Shown piece after piece: positions 39,752-53,635 of a stretch of DNA of 64,000 nt (positions are counted from its first letter, which is position 1; every line of letters starts with the position of its first letter). The notes below the pieces were generated by a model. That model saw only the letters and a program-made list of their open reading frames with translations, did not search any database and was not told where the DNA came from. The translations under genes were made by a program, and so were the position numbers. Origin of the DNA: Bugula neritina (lineage: Eukaryota > Animalia > Bryozoa); NCBI GenBank assembly GCA_964035545.1, contig OZ037766.1, positions 30,990,773 through 31,054,772 of the forward strand, in the 5' to 3' direction.

Positions 39752-41071
39752 GGGGTAACGGGGGCACAACGGGCCGAATTTTGCATTTGTTGCTCTCATT
39801 CGTCTGTTTTTCAAGTTACTATTTCAATAATCTCTAGTCTTAATGCTACATCTGTTGTCTATCACAGGTACCAGTTTGTTGTTTCTATCTTTTTCACAAC
39901 TTTCAGAATAATGAAATTTTCATGACGAAAAAATTGGCCCATTGTGCCCCGGTACCGGGGTACAATGGGCCACTGGGTGGGGCACAACAAATATATTGAA
40001 ATTTTGCGTATTTTGTTATATCTGATCTTTATTTATTTAATAATACAAATAAATAAAGATACACTTTCAGATCTAAAGCAAAATTCATGTTTTAGCTGTA
40101 CAGTTTGTGCCACTACGGATAGCAGAGGAAGGCAAAATCAAACGCACGTCATTCGGTTCCGCAGTGCCATTATCATCACTGTTTAAAACTAAAAATGTTT
40201 TGTTATTTTTACTTCAGAGCAACGTTTATTAAAAAAAGAACTTTACTAAAATGTATTACAAAATTCTGAGTGAACTTTTTTCAATGAACTGTAGCTAAGG
40301 TGCATGCATGGCTGAGGTTTGTGACTGGAGTACGGAAGGGAGAGGGGGGAGCAAATGAGCAAATCACCATTTATTTCAGTCAAATGCATGTATATTCTCT
40401 CAATGGTGTAATATATAATAATTATCATGACTATCTACTAGTAGCAACAGCAGAGTGTTTTGTATTATGTATAAAACGGCAAAGCTTTAACCTCACCAGA
40501 TGATTTGTATTAGGGGAGCTTCAACTTGTAGTTTTGTAATCTTACCATGATGTCTTTGATATTTTACAAAAAGGTCAGAAATGGCTATATTTATAGATTT
40601 TAGTAACAGTTCAACCAACTTTTTGGGCAAACAAACTAATAACAGTAATCAGGGTGCAATAATCAGGTGGCCCATTGTGCCCCGGTCAGCGTGGCCCATT
40701 GTGCCCCGTGTGGCCAAATTGAAAATAAATGTGCCTCAAGGAAAATTTATTTCAGTGTTTGCTGTTATACTAGTTAAGCATGGTAGAGACAAGCAATGGC
40801 AACAATATTAGTAAAATCTAGACTTCTTGCCTTTGAGTGTAAAAAGTTATAAGGCTTTAACGACATCCTAAAAAGTTTACAAAAAGTAGGTAAAAACAGT
40901 TTTTCACTCGCCTTTTCAATACGTATGTTCCACAAGTGTTGAAACTACAAAAGCTGAATAATTATGTCAATATCTTTTTATGAAAAAAAAATCACAACTC
41001 TAAGTCAATAAGTTCTCTCACAATTTGGCCGGCTTTTTGTACCCCTATGACCATTGTGCCCCCGTTACCCC
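39752..41071 (+). mobile_element. Second full-length copy of the 1.3-kb TA-TSD TIR element
   Basis: TA|GGGGTAACGGGGGCACAACGG ... CCATTGTGCCCCCGTTACCCC|TA; colinear with and highly similar to 30777-32101. Confidence 0.9.
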
Positions 41072-41328
41072 TACTGGCTTTCATTTAATAGTAAAAATGA
41101 CAACGTTGCGCATTGTTAACTAACCATTGCAGCATTTGTGGTGCTGGAATTCTATATATTTCTGTGGCAATCACTAAAACCAAATCTAACAACTAGAACT
41201 TTGAATCCCATGTATAAACAACATTACATCATGATTCCTTTTATTTAAAGATTTTTTTCCTCTCAAGATATTATAAAGCAATTCCTTTGGTATACCATAT
41301 ACTAGTATAGGCTAAAGTTGAATGTGTT

Positions 41329-44300
41329 TTAAATTAAAGGTGGATTGCTAGAAAAGTTAAACAGTTCAAAATCATTTTTGTATAGAATCTGGAGCTGTGT
41401 TAGCTGTAGTTTTGTTAGCTTTCTATAATAAAAAGAAAGGGGCTTGTGCTTGCCTCCCGTATTGCCCCATGAAGAATCAACTCTCATGTCTAGTAGATGC
41501 AAAGCTGTCTCCATATCTTGACTCATGTGATTAAAGTGTCCTAAAAGGTAGCAGAAATGTTTTATATAAATCTAAATTACTTAAATTTACAAAATTTCAT
41601 AGGTCTGCATATGATACATAAATTTTAATTATTTCTATCGAGAAAATTAACTCATTTAATATTTTTGGCAAAAGATTCGGAAAATTTTCACCTTTTTCAA
41701 CACAATAAAAACATTCAAAACTTTAAATAGCTAAAACAGCATATAATATTATATAAAAAATTTACGACTATTTGATAACAGAATATTTTCTATTAATGAA
41801 CCAAGTTTAATGAAACTTGTAAATCAACTTTGAAAACTGTTTTTTTCATCAAAGCACCATATTACTTGTCACAGACTAAGGTTTATGTTAATTAATCAAA
41901 GTGACTACTTCCCACTCACCAACTATATTAAACTTTATGAGACAAACGTTACAGAGAAGGTGTTGAGGTCTCCAGTGCATGTCCAGAAGTTCACCAGCCT
42001 GTGCAGAATTCAGGCTAACATTACTCTGCGTCTTTGCTTTTTCTAATATACAATCTATAAACTACATAACAGAATATACGTTTTATTACCATAATGTAGT
42101 AAAGCAGTATAATATATATTATACTTTCATCTATAGCTTCAATAATTCTGTTACAACCAAATTGATTAAATTTATATTGTATTCTTTGAAATTTATAGCA
42201 AAATCTGCTTAATTTTCAGCAAATCTTGAAAACTGTAATTTGATGAAATATAACTAGCCTACCTTTTTATTTAATAAGTTTAGTTGCAAGCTACTCATTG
42301 AACTAAGAGAGCATATCCGAACTTACTTGTGGGAATGTGAGTATCGGAGAATCTTTAGTCATCCATGAGCAAGGATTCTTCTGGGTTCTGGTATAAATTC
42401 CATTGTTCCTCAACGCCTTGTCCTTGTATGCAGAAACCAGTCTGTCATACGGATCTCTGAAATATGTTGGAATAAAATACAGTAGTACTAGTAATACTAG
42501 TACTACTAGTATTACTAGTAGTACTAGTATTACTAGTATTACTAATATTACTAGTAGTACTAGTATTACTAGTATTACTAGTATTACTAGTAGTACTAGT
42601 AATAGTGGTAAATGCGGTAGCAGTGGCAGTGATAGTATAGCAGTATCAGATGTGATGCCCAACATTTAACACTTCTTTGAAAAAAAACAGCGAAAGCAGC
42701 TGCATTAAAACTTTTTGTCCACTTCAGCTATACTTCAACAGCTGTTGCCGTGGTGCAGAAATAGTTGCTAAGGAACAGACCTCACAAAGATCATTCTATT
42801 GGCTAGTTGAGCTGTAGAGATGTTGACACTTTCAAACAGTGAATGTGGCGTCATGTTTATCTTTTCCCAAGGCGTCTGCCAGCCAGTTCTGTAACAAGAA
42901 GCGACATGAACACTCTTTCTATTCTATGAGTAGCAAAAATCTTATTTGAATTTAACTCAAATTATGCACACAATGTTGAAGTAAAATGCACACTACGCAT
43001 AAAAGTATTTTTTCCTTTTAAAAACAATGAGTTCTAAACCTGGAGTCATCTTGAAGAATGGCATTTACTGTCGCTTTCTCTTTAGATAACTCTTTAAACA
43101 GCATTGTCCTCCATGAGGTCCACCCGCATTTTGGGACTGGGCAGTACAGCAGTGACTTTTCTTCGTGTCTCAAGTAAGCCATATATTTATAAAGTGGGGT
43201 ATCCCTGGTTCTTCTTGGTATATGTGACCTACATACAGAGACCTATATAGCATTGAGTCATGCCGCAGCAACAGTATGCAACTGTAACTTGTGCTGATGT
43301 AAGATGAAGAAAACAAAACAAAACTTGTTTACTTTAATGAGTTTAACTACTTAAAATTGTAGTCTTTACAAGCCATTTCCTCACATGCGCAGTAAATTTA
43401 TTTTCAACTTGGCATATGAAAACATGAGCTAATTTGTCAAAATCACTTTTATAATATCTTCAATCTCCATGCAACTTTTGATGTCAAGGCTAAACAATTC
43501 TAAACTCCTGTATAACATGTATAGGCACTAAACTAAAACTGGGACGGCCAGGTTATAGTTCAATGCAAGTAGCTGCAGTTATGTTCATCTTAGATAACAT
43601 TGTAGTTCATCCATTAGCAAATTTTGATAACTGTTGTTCTGACACCTATATGTTTGGATTAAATAATAATGTATCACATAATAGTTATTATTATTAGAAG
43701 ACATTTCAGGAAAAGGAAGTAAAACCTTAATAGTGTAAATAGAAATGCACTGCTTCAATTAATTAAAAGTACTTAAGTGAAATTGCACCATTGTAATACA
43801 AAAGTAAGGCAATTCCTGAAACCTCTTGTACTAATAATATTAAGATATGTTTGGCAATACCTCATGGATCACAAAATTTTATTGGTAACACCTGTGTTAC
43901 CTGACAACACTCACCCTAGTTCTGGATGTCTATTGCAGACGTGTGTTATTCTCAAAGATCTCTTCAGAAGAGCTTCTGAGGCGTCATAAGAGAGGTCATA
44001 AGAAAGGTCTTTTTGACTATTACTTATATATCTCAAGGATTTCCAAAACCTCTAAAGTAATATTTACATGAACAACAGTGTAAAAGCTCACTAAAGTTTT
44101 ACAAATGCCACCTGGTAGATCTAATAAACTAATTATGTCCTTGGTGCTCATAACTTATCTAGAAATCATAAGTTTTGTCTGCTTTAGTATTTATATATTA
44201 TATATTCGCAAATAAAATGACATTGCAGTAGCTATTATATAAATGCAAAATTATATTTTCAAATGAAATAACTATTGCCTGTATAGCTAAGCAATTGTAG

Positions 44301-44658
44301 CTTTTACTCTGCTACAAAGATTAATAACCCCTCCCCCAACCTCACCTGGCTTTTCAAAAGCTGCTAGGTTATAATTACAGTGTTGTTGGAAATTTTCATT
44401 GATGTCAAATGTAAATAATAAACACTATTAATTAATCATTAGTTGAAAGAGAATGTTGATATGCTAGTAGATTATTTGCCATCAAGATATCACTATAAAA
44501 TTGAAATGTCTTAAGACTCTGTGAATCCAGCACAATGATCTCTATATACGTACCTGAGAAGTTTTGTTGACTAGAGTTATAGATCTCATTGAAAAGAAGA
44601 CATAAATGCTAACGGTAAGAATTAATGATGCTAGAACACATTTGTCCAAAGGCTTCAT
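41329..44658 (-). CDS. Golgi carbohydrate sulfotransferase, CHST11/CHST8-14-like (Sulfotransfer_2 family)
   Basis: Type-II anchor MKPLDKCVLASLILTVSIYVFFSM (exon 44658-44554). 5'-PSB LLYCPVPKCGWTSWR (~43150-43110), 3'-PB MIFVR|DPYDRLVSAYKDK, HWRPQHLLCNVCLIKFNIVG (~41980-41921), and C-terminal YYRKL...LYKNDFELFNF. Seven coding exons in compatible phase. Confidence 0.9.
42480..42610. repeat. Intronic (TAG/TAC/TAT) low-complexity repeat
   Basis: AGTATTACT-type units lying just upstream of a CHST acceptor on the minus strand. Confidence 0.85.
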
Positions 44659-45971
44659 TTTCCTTTCTGTGTAGTAAGATTTGTCTTCTCTTTTACTTGT
44701 TTGAAGCCTAAAACTATAAAATATTAAATAATAGCTTTCATAAAATATTAGGGCCGTGTCAAGTCTAATTATAGTTACTATTAAATATGCTTCAGTGGTA
44801 TCCAATGAAGCCAAAGAATAATACGAATAATTCAACATTTAATGCCTTAATATAATATAAGAGTGGAACTAAAATAAATTATTTGCAATTTATTATAGAT
44901 AAGAGATAATAATATTTAAGAGTTATCAAAATGAAACTGATCAGTGTGACTCATACCTTAGCGTTGGCAGCTTAAGTCAGCCCCATATCTCAGCAGCATG
45001 TTGATTAATACACATAGTCAAGTTTTCTTTAACTCTAGAAATGTCAAATTGTGACATTGCTCGCTACAACTAAAATAGCTATGCGGTTTTATTGCAACTC
45101 AAGATACAATTCAGTGACATTAATACAATTATGCTGTGCATCCTTTTTCACACATGCGGTTATTGTTTTATTATATAGTTGTTACTTTGAAAGATAACTG
45201 AAGAGTCATTATCAGTTGTTGAAGTTTTATGACTTGCATAAGTAAATACTGCATCATTCCTACAGTAGTTCAAAAAGTTTAAATTATGTTCTAGTTTTAT
45301 GGCTAATTTAAGTAAGCTGTGACTGAAGTTGCCAACTGCATTGTAAAGCACAATACTGCGCCGAAACAATTGAATAAGTTATAATAGTTGTTTTCTTGTT
45401 GCAATGTAAATTGTTTTCTTCGCACAATAAGAAGAGTTCTCAGTTAGACATGAACTTTATTAAAGTTACAGGCGAAGTTCATGTTTTTATACCAGCAACA
45501 ATACATTATATTTCATTGGCTTAGAAATAATATAATATACAATTTGAAGTTGTTTTATCAATACACAATATTTTCTGCTTTACTACTACAGTGCACAAAG
45601 AAAAAAAAGTCATTACGATTTGCTGCCTATAACCTCCAGTTTTAAAAGGCAGTACTGTTTATCATTTCACTTCCAAAAATTATAAGCGAATATATCTAGA
45701 TAAATCACATGATAAATCGGCTACAAAAATAACTCGGTGAAACGAAAAAATGAAGTGCGAAAATAATTTTTTTCAAGAATGATTGTAGGTTGGAACAATT
45801 TATGCAAAGAAATAAAAGTTAAACTATAAACTAGAAAGCATTCACAGCGAATTGCAGGATCAAGTCACACATGATCTCCAATGTGACCAATCGTGATAGA
45901 GTTAACAGAGATTCACTGTGACATGTTCCACTTGTTGACACGTGCCACAAGTGCTTGAAAGGTGGCTGCAT

Positions 45972-48900
45972 CTATCTTCTGTATAGTTTGATATCCAACT
46001 GCTTGTCAGGAGTGTAGAACACTTTCAGTATTCTGTCCAATTCTAGGGTTGAATCGACCAGCTCTATGCGGAATTGTCTAACCATCTGCGAATGTTCAAG
46101 AATATCGACATGAAGGCATCATGGTAATAAAATAGTATGCATGCATAGATAAGTTAACAATATTTATTATTATAGTAAAGAATTAGTAAATGTTAAAAAT
46201 TCTAAGTTACTGAAATTTCAAGTTTACATTATCTTTTTTGAAATAGTTAGTTTAAAGGAACTTGCAGTAGAACTGCTTCACTCAATCAACTTGAGTAGGT
46301 TACAGCCACACACTTACATGTATCTACTTTTAGCTTTTACATTTTCATTGTAATTCTATGTTTCATGGTAAAACAACTCCAAAGCTAAACTAAAAAACGT
46401 GGAAATTTACTTAAATGCTCTATTTTTTTCCTAGTTTAAATTTTAAAACTGAGATGAGAAATTAAAGTTATTTTTAATTGGATATTTCTGTCAAACTTTG
46501 CCATATGTCTAAATTATTTAATACACAATTTCTTATTTTTGATTGCATAAACGTCGAACTATGAAAAGGTGAACTATATTGAAATGCCACAAGTCTTTTG
46601 TGGTCACAAGTGACGAGTACATACCGTCATGGCTGCCATCATAAGTTCCTGTTCGGCAAATCGTCTGCCGATGCACATTCTAGCCCCGTGTCCAAAGGGT
46701 ATAAATGAGAAGGGGACGATACGGGACCTCGCCTCCCCCAACCACCGCTCAGGAATGTATTCCATTGGTCTGTGGAAATACTCTTCTAGATGGCAGATTA
46801 CATCACTTCCTGTATTGACTATAAACTACAATGTAGGATAGGAGCTCTCAACGTTCATACTCACTTATACTACAGGACAAGACAACACTGACCACTATGA
46901 CAAGAAAAGATAACTCTAAAAATCATTAACGGAGACCATTGCATGCATGATACACTCTCAAGTAATACCCATTTTGCTGAAAAGGCAATGGAACAATTAA
47001 CAAAAGATAAACAATAAAATTGGTAATATTATTCAGGCTGTTGAAATACCATACATTTCTTCATAATGCTTTCTTATTTTATATGAACATTCAACCTCTT
47101 CACAACTTAGATTATGCCCTGGAATTATGATTGCTTCGGCTGCATTTCAAATTTTTAGATTGCTATAAAAATTAAGATGAACTTTACGCAGTCAGAAACA
47201 AACTTTCATGATATAAGAATGGGTGGATGTGCTATCTTAGGTCAAAATACTTCCCTATTTTCACTTTTCTGTGTTTCGCAATATATAACCTTTACACTAT
47301 TAATTTTCTAATGTAACAGATGGGTAATCTATATATTCTAGTTCGAACCTTTTGCTGGAACAATAGAACATTCTAGTACACTAGATAACACTAGAGAGGG
47401 GGGTCTACACAATGTCAATTACACTCACCCCTTGTGGTACAGTGTAACCACTTAGTCTTACATCAGTTGTAGTTATTCTTACAGTACCAGTTACAGGAGG
47501 GGACAATCTACAGTAAATTTCAGTGTATAATTTGCAATTGGAAGCTGCCCAATATATTTCATAGAAGTCTAGTGAGCATAGATTTAATGTAATTAATAAT
47601 CAAGAAATGAAGCAGAGATTGAGAAAAAACTGAAATTGATATTTTAATTCTCTAGTTAAAATCAATATTTATTTACTTTTCATTAACATCTAAAAACCTG
47701 GCATAGAATTGGTGAAGTATTGTACTTACAAGTTAGCAAGCTAGTAAATTGATCTTTTAGCCAAATTTAGAGCTTTATTTATACGTATATGAACCACTAT
47801 TTTTAAAAATGTAGTGCATGTTCTCTTACAAAAAATGCTAGATAATAAAATTAGAAAAAATTTAATGAAGACCCATCTATAGAAACCTTAGCAAAGGGCA
47901 TAAATATGGCATCCACTGTTTTATTACACATATCAATAGTTAATATCTCACTTTGTGAATTTTTATAGGAAATAAATGGTAGTATTTTAGTTTAAAAGAA
48001 GAGCTATTATGCTAGTATGCATGGTTTTCATAAATCAAAAATTTTGATTTCACTAGTAGCCTGTAGACAACTCCAATAGTAGTCTGCAGATGATGTAATA
48101 TTATGTGTCACATAGTGCATGCCATACTCACCTCAGTGACTCCTTGACACATGCCTTCAGGTAGGGCAAGTTAGAGAGAGCACTTGCTGGCACCTGTCCA
48201 TCATCTGGCATGTGACACATAATTTCCTTATATAGGGTTTGTTGAACTCTGGGATTTCTAGCCAAGTGGTACACAAGAAAGGAAAGTGCATTTCCTGTCT
48301 ATACAATAGTAAGTCACATAAAACCGCTTCAGATGTGTGATATTGTGATATTAAAAACTTCAATTTGACTACGGTGAAGTTGTAAAACATGTTATTTATA
48401 GAAAATTCAAACTTTTCTAAATGATGGAATTGGGCTGTAAATACTTCTAAATTAAGATATAAATTCCACCTCAAAGGTGACTCACCGATTCAACGCCAGC
48501 TATAAACAACTCTTCAGCAAATAGTTTAGCTTCTTTAAAACTCAAATCATCTTTAGTCATGAGCTCCGAAAAGAAACAGTGTGGTTTATTCTTTATAGAT
48601 GCGCCTGTAAGAAAATAACAGTAGTTGCGCTCTCTTGTAAATCAAATAAAAATAGAGGATAACTCTCAAAATAAACAGATAAAACAGATAAAATATTTGC
48701 AGGGGAATTATTTTAATACATTAGAAATCAAAACCAAGACAGTAATGATAACAATTTTTATAAAACAAACTCAAAGCTGTAATGCTTATGAAAAAGCTTC
48801 CAAAACTAATTTCATAGTCACAAATAATAATTTAATTCCATTGCAATACCAAACTGTAAAATCAATTAACAGCTCACCAGCCTACTGAATAAGTTAAACC

Positions 48901-51900
48901 ACCAAACTAATGAACTATACTTGAACTTAGCATAAAAATCATTCTTGTTTACAATAATTTTAGGAATGGGGAAAAGTAGCAAACAAAGCGGCCACGGTTA
49001 GAAACTGAAAATTGTCTTTTGCACCGTCCAATTAGTTTGTAGAAAGTACGTCTGCAACAGCTATGATTCAACTTGAATTAGGTCAACAAATTCAAATGGG
49101 TAACCTATAATTTGAAGAAAACAGATATACCATCACTTGATTACACACTTATAATTGTTATCAAATCATCTCACAATAACTTACCAATAAGTGATACTTA
49201 AGCTAAATTGGAGTCTAGCCACAAATAGCTTATCAGAGATCAAAATAATAGTGAGTCCAATTTATAAAATACAACTAATTTAGAAGTGAAGACTTTGGTA
49301 CACCAAGCAAACGGTACACCTGACAGCAATATGGCGATGTAAAGTCAAACTCTGGTCAACTCAACATACCTATCTTACTGCCCTCCTTCCCACTAAGTTC
49401 AGAGTCTGGATACCCATAGCCCGAGATTAACTCTTCCATTAACCTGAATAAGTAACACCAGGCACTCTGTATACAGCATAACAACATTTTGGTTAAAATC
49501 AGTAGACCTCAGGCTTTTTAGTAATAAATGAATATTGCCAAGTTTCAGAAGATATGTAATTCATTTTATAGTGTTGTTTACTTGTCAGTCATTTATAACA
49601 TTGATTCAAGTTTTTAAATTTATATTTCTGTGTAATTAGTATAATGCTATATATTAATACTAAATCATCCATAGCTAAAGCTTCTGTTAAAAAGTTTAGA
49701 CACAGGACTCTGCACATTTAGGTCTAGGTAATACTGATCTATTTTTAGTTCTCTATATAAGTTACGATATAATATAATAGTTATAGAAGGATAACTTAAG
49801 AGCAACAAGACTAAATTACCAGATCATATCTCACACTATCGACTAACTTGAAGCTCTCTCGATGCTGGTATAACCAATCTTTGTATAGCCTTGTTTCCCA
49901 CAAAGCGCTCCACGGAGCCATGGCAAAGCCCCGAGTTGTGAGTGTAAACAGCTTGTCCATAGTGCTACACAGCCTGTTTCCTAGTGAATTAGGATCCTCT
50001 GTAAAGCTGTTCATTTCAGCTCCAATCAATATTTTACCTACAGCTGTACATATACATTAATATATTTACCTACGGCTTCACATATGCATCAATATGTAGT
50101 TAGCTACGGGCTGACATTATTTACATTAATATGACTACAAGCTTTAAGCAATCAACATATTTTTTAAGATTATTTTTGAAACAACATACGACTCTGAAAT
50201 TTCCTCCACGCTATTTTATGGTTATTGTAGAATATTGAAAGTTACAAGTTGTAAGCACCACCTACATTCAGCAGCAAACCGACACGCCCACAACCTGAAG
50301 TCAGTAATAACTATCTCATTAGAGTCCCTTCCCTTTTCATTGGACGTTGGATGAGTTGCTTTGTGATTGGATAATGCTGAGAGGAAGCTATTGCAGACGT
50401 CCAACTGCTGAGAATAAAACTGAGTTGCAGCCGACGGCACAAGGAATATCTTCTGCATTTTAGATCTAATCTCCGCCCATTCACTTCCATTGCTGCAAAT
50501 AGCCAGACGACACTGAATATACCCACTTATGCATACACACATATAGCATAGAATTATAGGAGTAAATTACACACTATAACATTATCATTAAATTGTTGAG
50601 TAAATAGTAAAGAGCTAGTACAAGGTTCAACCTCTAGTGTTTAACCCACAGTAGCCATGGTTACGGACCAACTTAAGGATATATTAGTATTTACTGCAAG
50701 ACGTGGTGAAAGCTTACAGGTGGCTGATGCTTGGCTCCAGATGTCCTCGTTTTATAGCCAGATCAAGAAGTGGGAGGACTGGTCTTAACGGCCACCGGCT
50801 GTCGGCTCTCAGCAAAGTACCAACATCTTCAGCAGAGTATATCTACAGCAGAGTATATCTACAGCAGAGTATACCTTCAGCAGAGTATATCTACAGCAGA
50901 GTATATCTACAGCAGAGTATATCTACAGCAGAGTATATCTACAGCAGAGTATACCTTCAGCAGAGTATATCTACAGCAGAGTATATCTATAGCAGAGTAT
51001 ATCTACAGCAGGGAATATCTACAGCAAGAAGAAATCAATAGTAACAAGAAATAATTTATTTTATTTTATAAATATACAATATAGACAATCTGCTAGATGG
51101 TTCTTTGAGACTTTCTGAACCCAAATAAACAGTGACTGTTTAATTATAAAGTAGAACGATCATTTTAGAGCCAACATAGATCAAGCTATATAATATTATA
51201 CAATGAATGTCATGTTATTGTCATTTTCTATTTGTAATGAGGTAACTAATAAAACAAACTATGCTTACTTCAACTAGATTTCCTGATGGATAACGAATAA
51301 CAGGCCCCATCTGGCGGCAGAGCTTCAGTTTCAAACAGTGAATTTTCTCAGGAGGGATAGACCCTGTAACAGAAATGAACATCCTGACTGTCTGTCTAGT
51401 ACATTACAGAAGGTGTTGAGTCTTCTATTTCATGATACAGTGATGTAAAGTTATGTTCATGCTTAGCAATAAATTTTACATCAGGCGAGTGTGTGGAGAA
51501 GCAGTTGAGTCAGGTTTATTGGAAAAATTAACATTGCAAACATATTATTATTCAATATAGGCCTACTGGTTTTATTTTCAGAAATTTCATTTCTTTAACT
51601 AACGAAAGAATTTACACTCTAGCCTGAGAAAAACTCTTCTATTTCAGTAAAAACACTACAGGGCAATGCAAAAAACTGCCAACAATTTCTGTCAAAAAAG
51701 TACTTAGCCTTAAAACTGCCACGATGAAGTATATTGCTGCAGTTTAACTATGATTGGCTGACATAATTACCAACTTAAAAAATATGAAGTAGATGGCAGC
51801 ATCGAACTCTTTAGACCGAGTTTCTCAGTATGACAGATTATGAATTAAGTTTTAAGGCTATATTAATAGTTGGTTTCCAACAGATGACTCCCAATTAGAC

Positions 51901-52287
51901 CAAAAAGCCCAAGTCACAGGTAGGTAATTTTACTCAACAGTTTCCAGTGTGTTATACCAGAGATACAAACTGATGGTGAAACACTGCCACCCTGTAGTGG
52001 CAAGAGCCAAATGACCTTGAACTTTGTACGCCTAAATTTTATTATCAAGTGTAGATTTTCACAGCTTATGGACCCAGAGTCAAATGTGGAACTTTTGTTT
52101 CAGCAGCCAAACAGATTTGAAATTATAATAAAAATAATAGATAAGGTCAAACTAATGGACGGCACAAGTGAAGGTTTTTACCAATAACAAAATATTGTAT
52201 AAGTAATGGTATCTTACCCAGAGGCTTCAGGTTTCTCATTAGAGTCCATCTTGAGAGTTGAGGAATAGAGGTGACACATTTAGTCAT
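45972..52287 (-). CDS. Cytochrome P450, probably mitochondrial clan
   Basis: Heme motif FIPFGHGARMCIGRRFAEQEL (~46705-46640), IPERWLG, K-helix VKESLR (~48145-48131) continuing LSPPVTGTVR..LSGYTVPQG, I-helix ELFIAGVES (~48513-48487), C-helix NGSEWAEIRSKMQK, and stop at 45972-45974. The basic N-terminus MTKCVTSIPQLSRWTLMRNLKPL lacks an ER anchor. The start and 5' exons are less certain. Confidence 0.88.
50830..51026. repeat. 16-bp minisatellite (CAGCAGAGTATATCTA) x12 spanning a CYP splice acceptor
   Basis: Twelve units counted from 50830 to 51021. On the minus strand each canonical unit reads TAG|ATATACTCTGCTG. Confidence 0.95.
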
Positions 52288-53635
52288 TTTGCTACAAGAA
52301 CTGTGCAACTACTTTGCCACAGTGTCAAACACCAACTATATTGATCTCCAGGCTAGATTGCAGCCTCTTAGTTATAATAAATGTCTTCACACAGTTGGTG
52401 GCGGAGCTTGACAATGCTGTAGCTAATACTACGTGGTTGTACAGCACAGCTTGGCGAAAAGCTTACTGTACAATAAGCACACTGCTTTTCTGATTATATC
52501 TAAAAGTATCAGCTACATACTTGAGGCTTTTTAAAACTGTATGATCCACCTTAAATTTATATACTTACTGTATAACATAGACCATCTCTAGATATATTTA
52601 TTTGATTTTATCAATAAGTAACAATGGGTTCATGCTAATTTGGGGGCTGGTAAACTATTTTCGCTATAAAACTGTATCTAGTATTATAAAATGTCAAGCT
52701 AATTGGAGATAAAATATAAACTAGATTATGGTCTTTGAGTACGCAGGAGATATTAGCTCTAAAAATAAACTATGCATTACATATCATATTGTTTATGATG
52801 TACATCTTTTAATAGCTCCATCCATTGTTTAATACGAACACCTATTATAGAATGCCAAGCAGAAAATGCACCATGTCAAGTAGAATATACTGTAGTGGGA
52901 TGAAGCAAAATTAGAAAAAAATTGGTCCTCTTCTAAAACACAGCATGAAATCTCAGTGCAGCTTTATTTTTAACAAGGAGATATATTTAGGAATTTCCTA
53001 TACTTGTGGAGGAAACCCAAGTAGTTGCAACATTTTAGAATTTAGATGAATAAGCTCATGTGAGTTAGATGTTAGAGGGAGCCACCCACTCTAGGTAATA
53101 ATTCTACCTCTACAAGTTTTGGTTTAGGCAAACAAATAATCTCGAGTAGATACTTTCACTCCTGCAACAGAGCTGCATTTAGCATGTCAGATAAAGTGGC
53201 ACCAACAGCTTCAACTGTGCAGTAATCCTTTCTTAAACATGCAAAGTGAACTGACTTTAATCATTATTCAAAACTAATAACACAGCATTAGAAGAGAGGA
53301 CATAACTCCAAAACTAATTTAAAAATCTACAGCTTAAAATATGAAGAAATCTGTAAAACTAGGTCGATACTGGAGGCAGAGAATTATTAGATAATAAATT
53401 AAAAAAATAAAACAAGAATATGGTTATAGTGCCAGTTTTGTGTCCTCAAATTTTGCAGCCTAGTAAAGCAAAAAGCGCAATTCTACCTTTCAATTATTAA
53501 ACCTACAACTAGTTCAACCAGTGTAATATGGTGTACTAAGCAAGTATCTCAATATTGATTGTAAGCAGGTAAATGGACAGTGTGTTATATTTCCCAAGTT
53601 TATTGTAGTCAAGAATAACAGATAACTACATTAAC

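Noticed and set aside
42403-42669. Ser/Thr-rich and Leu/Val-rich ORFs; likewise the poly-Thr ORF 57376-57564 and ORFs 50703-51054
   Set aside because: Simple-repeat translations. Only 42456-42327 (minus strand) is a real CHST exon and 50842-50719 (minus strand) a real CYP exon.
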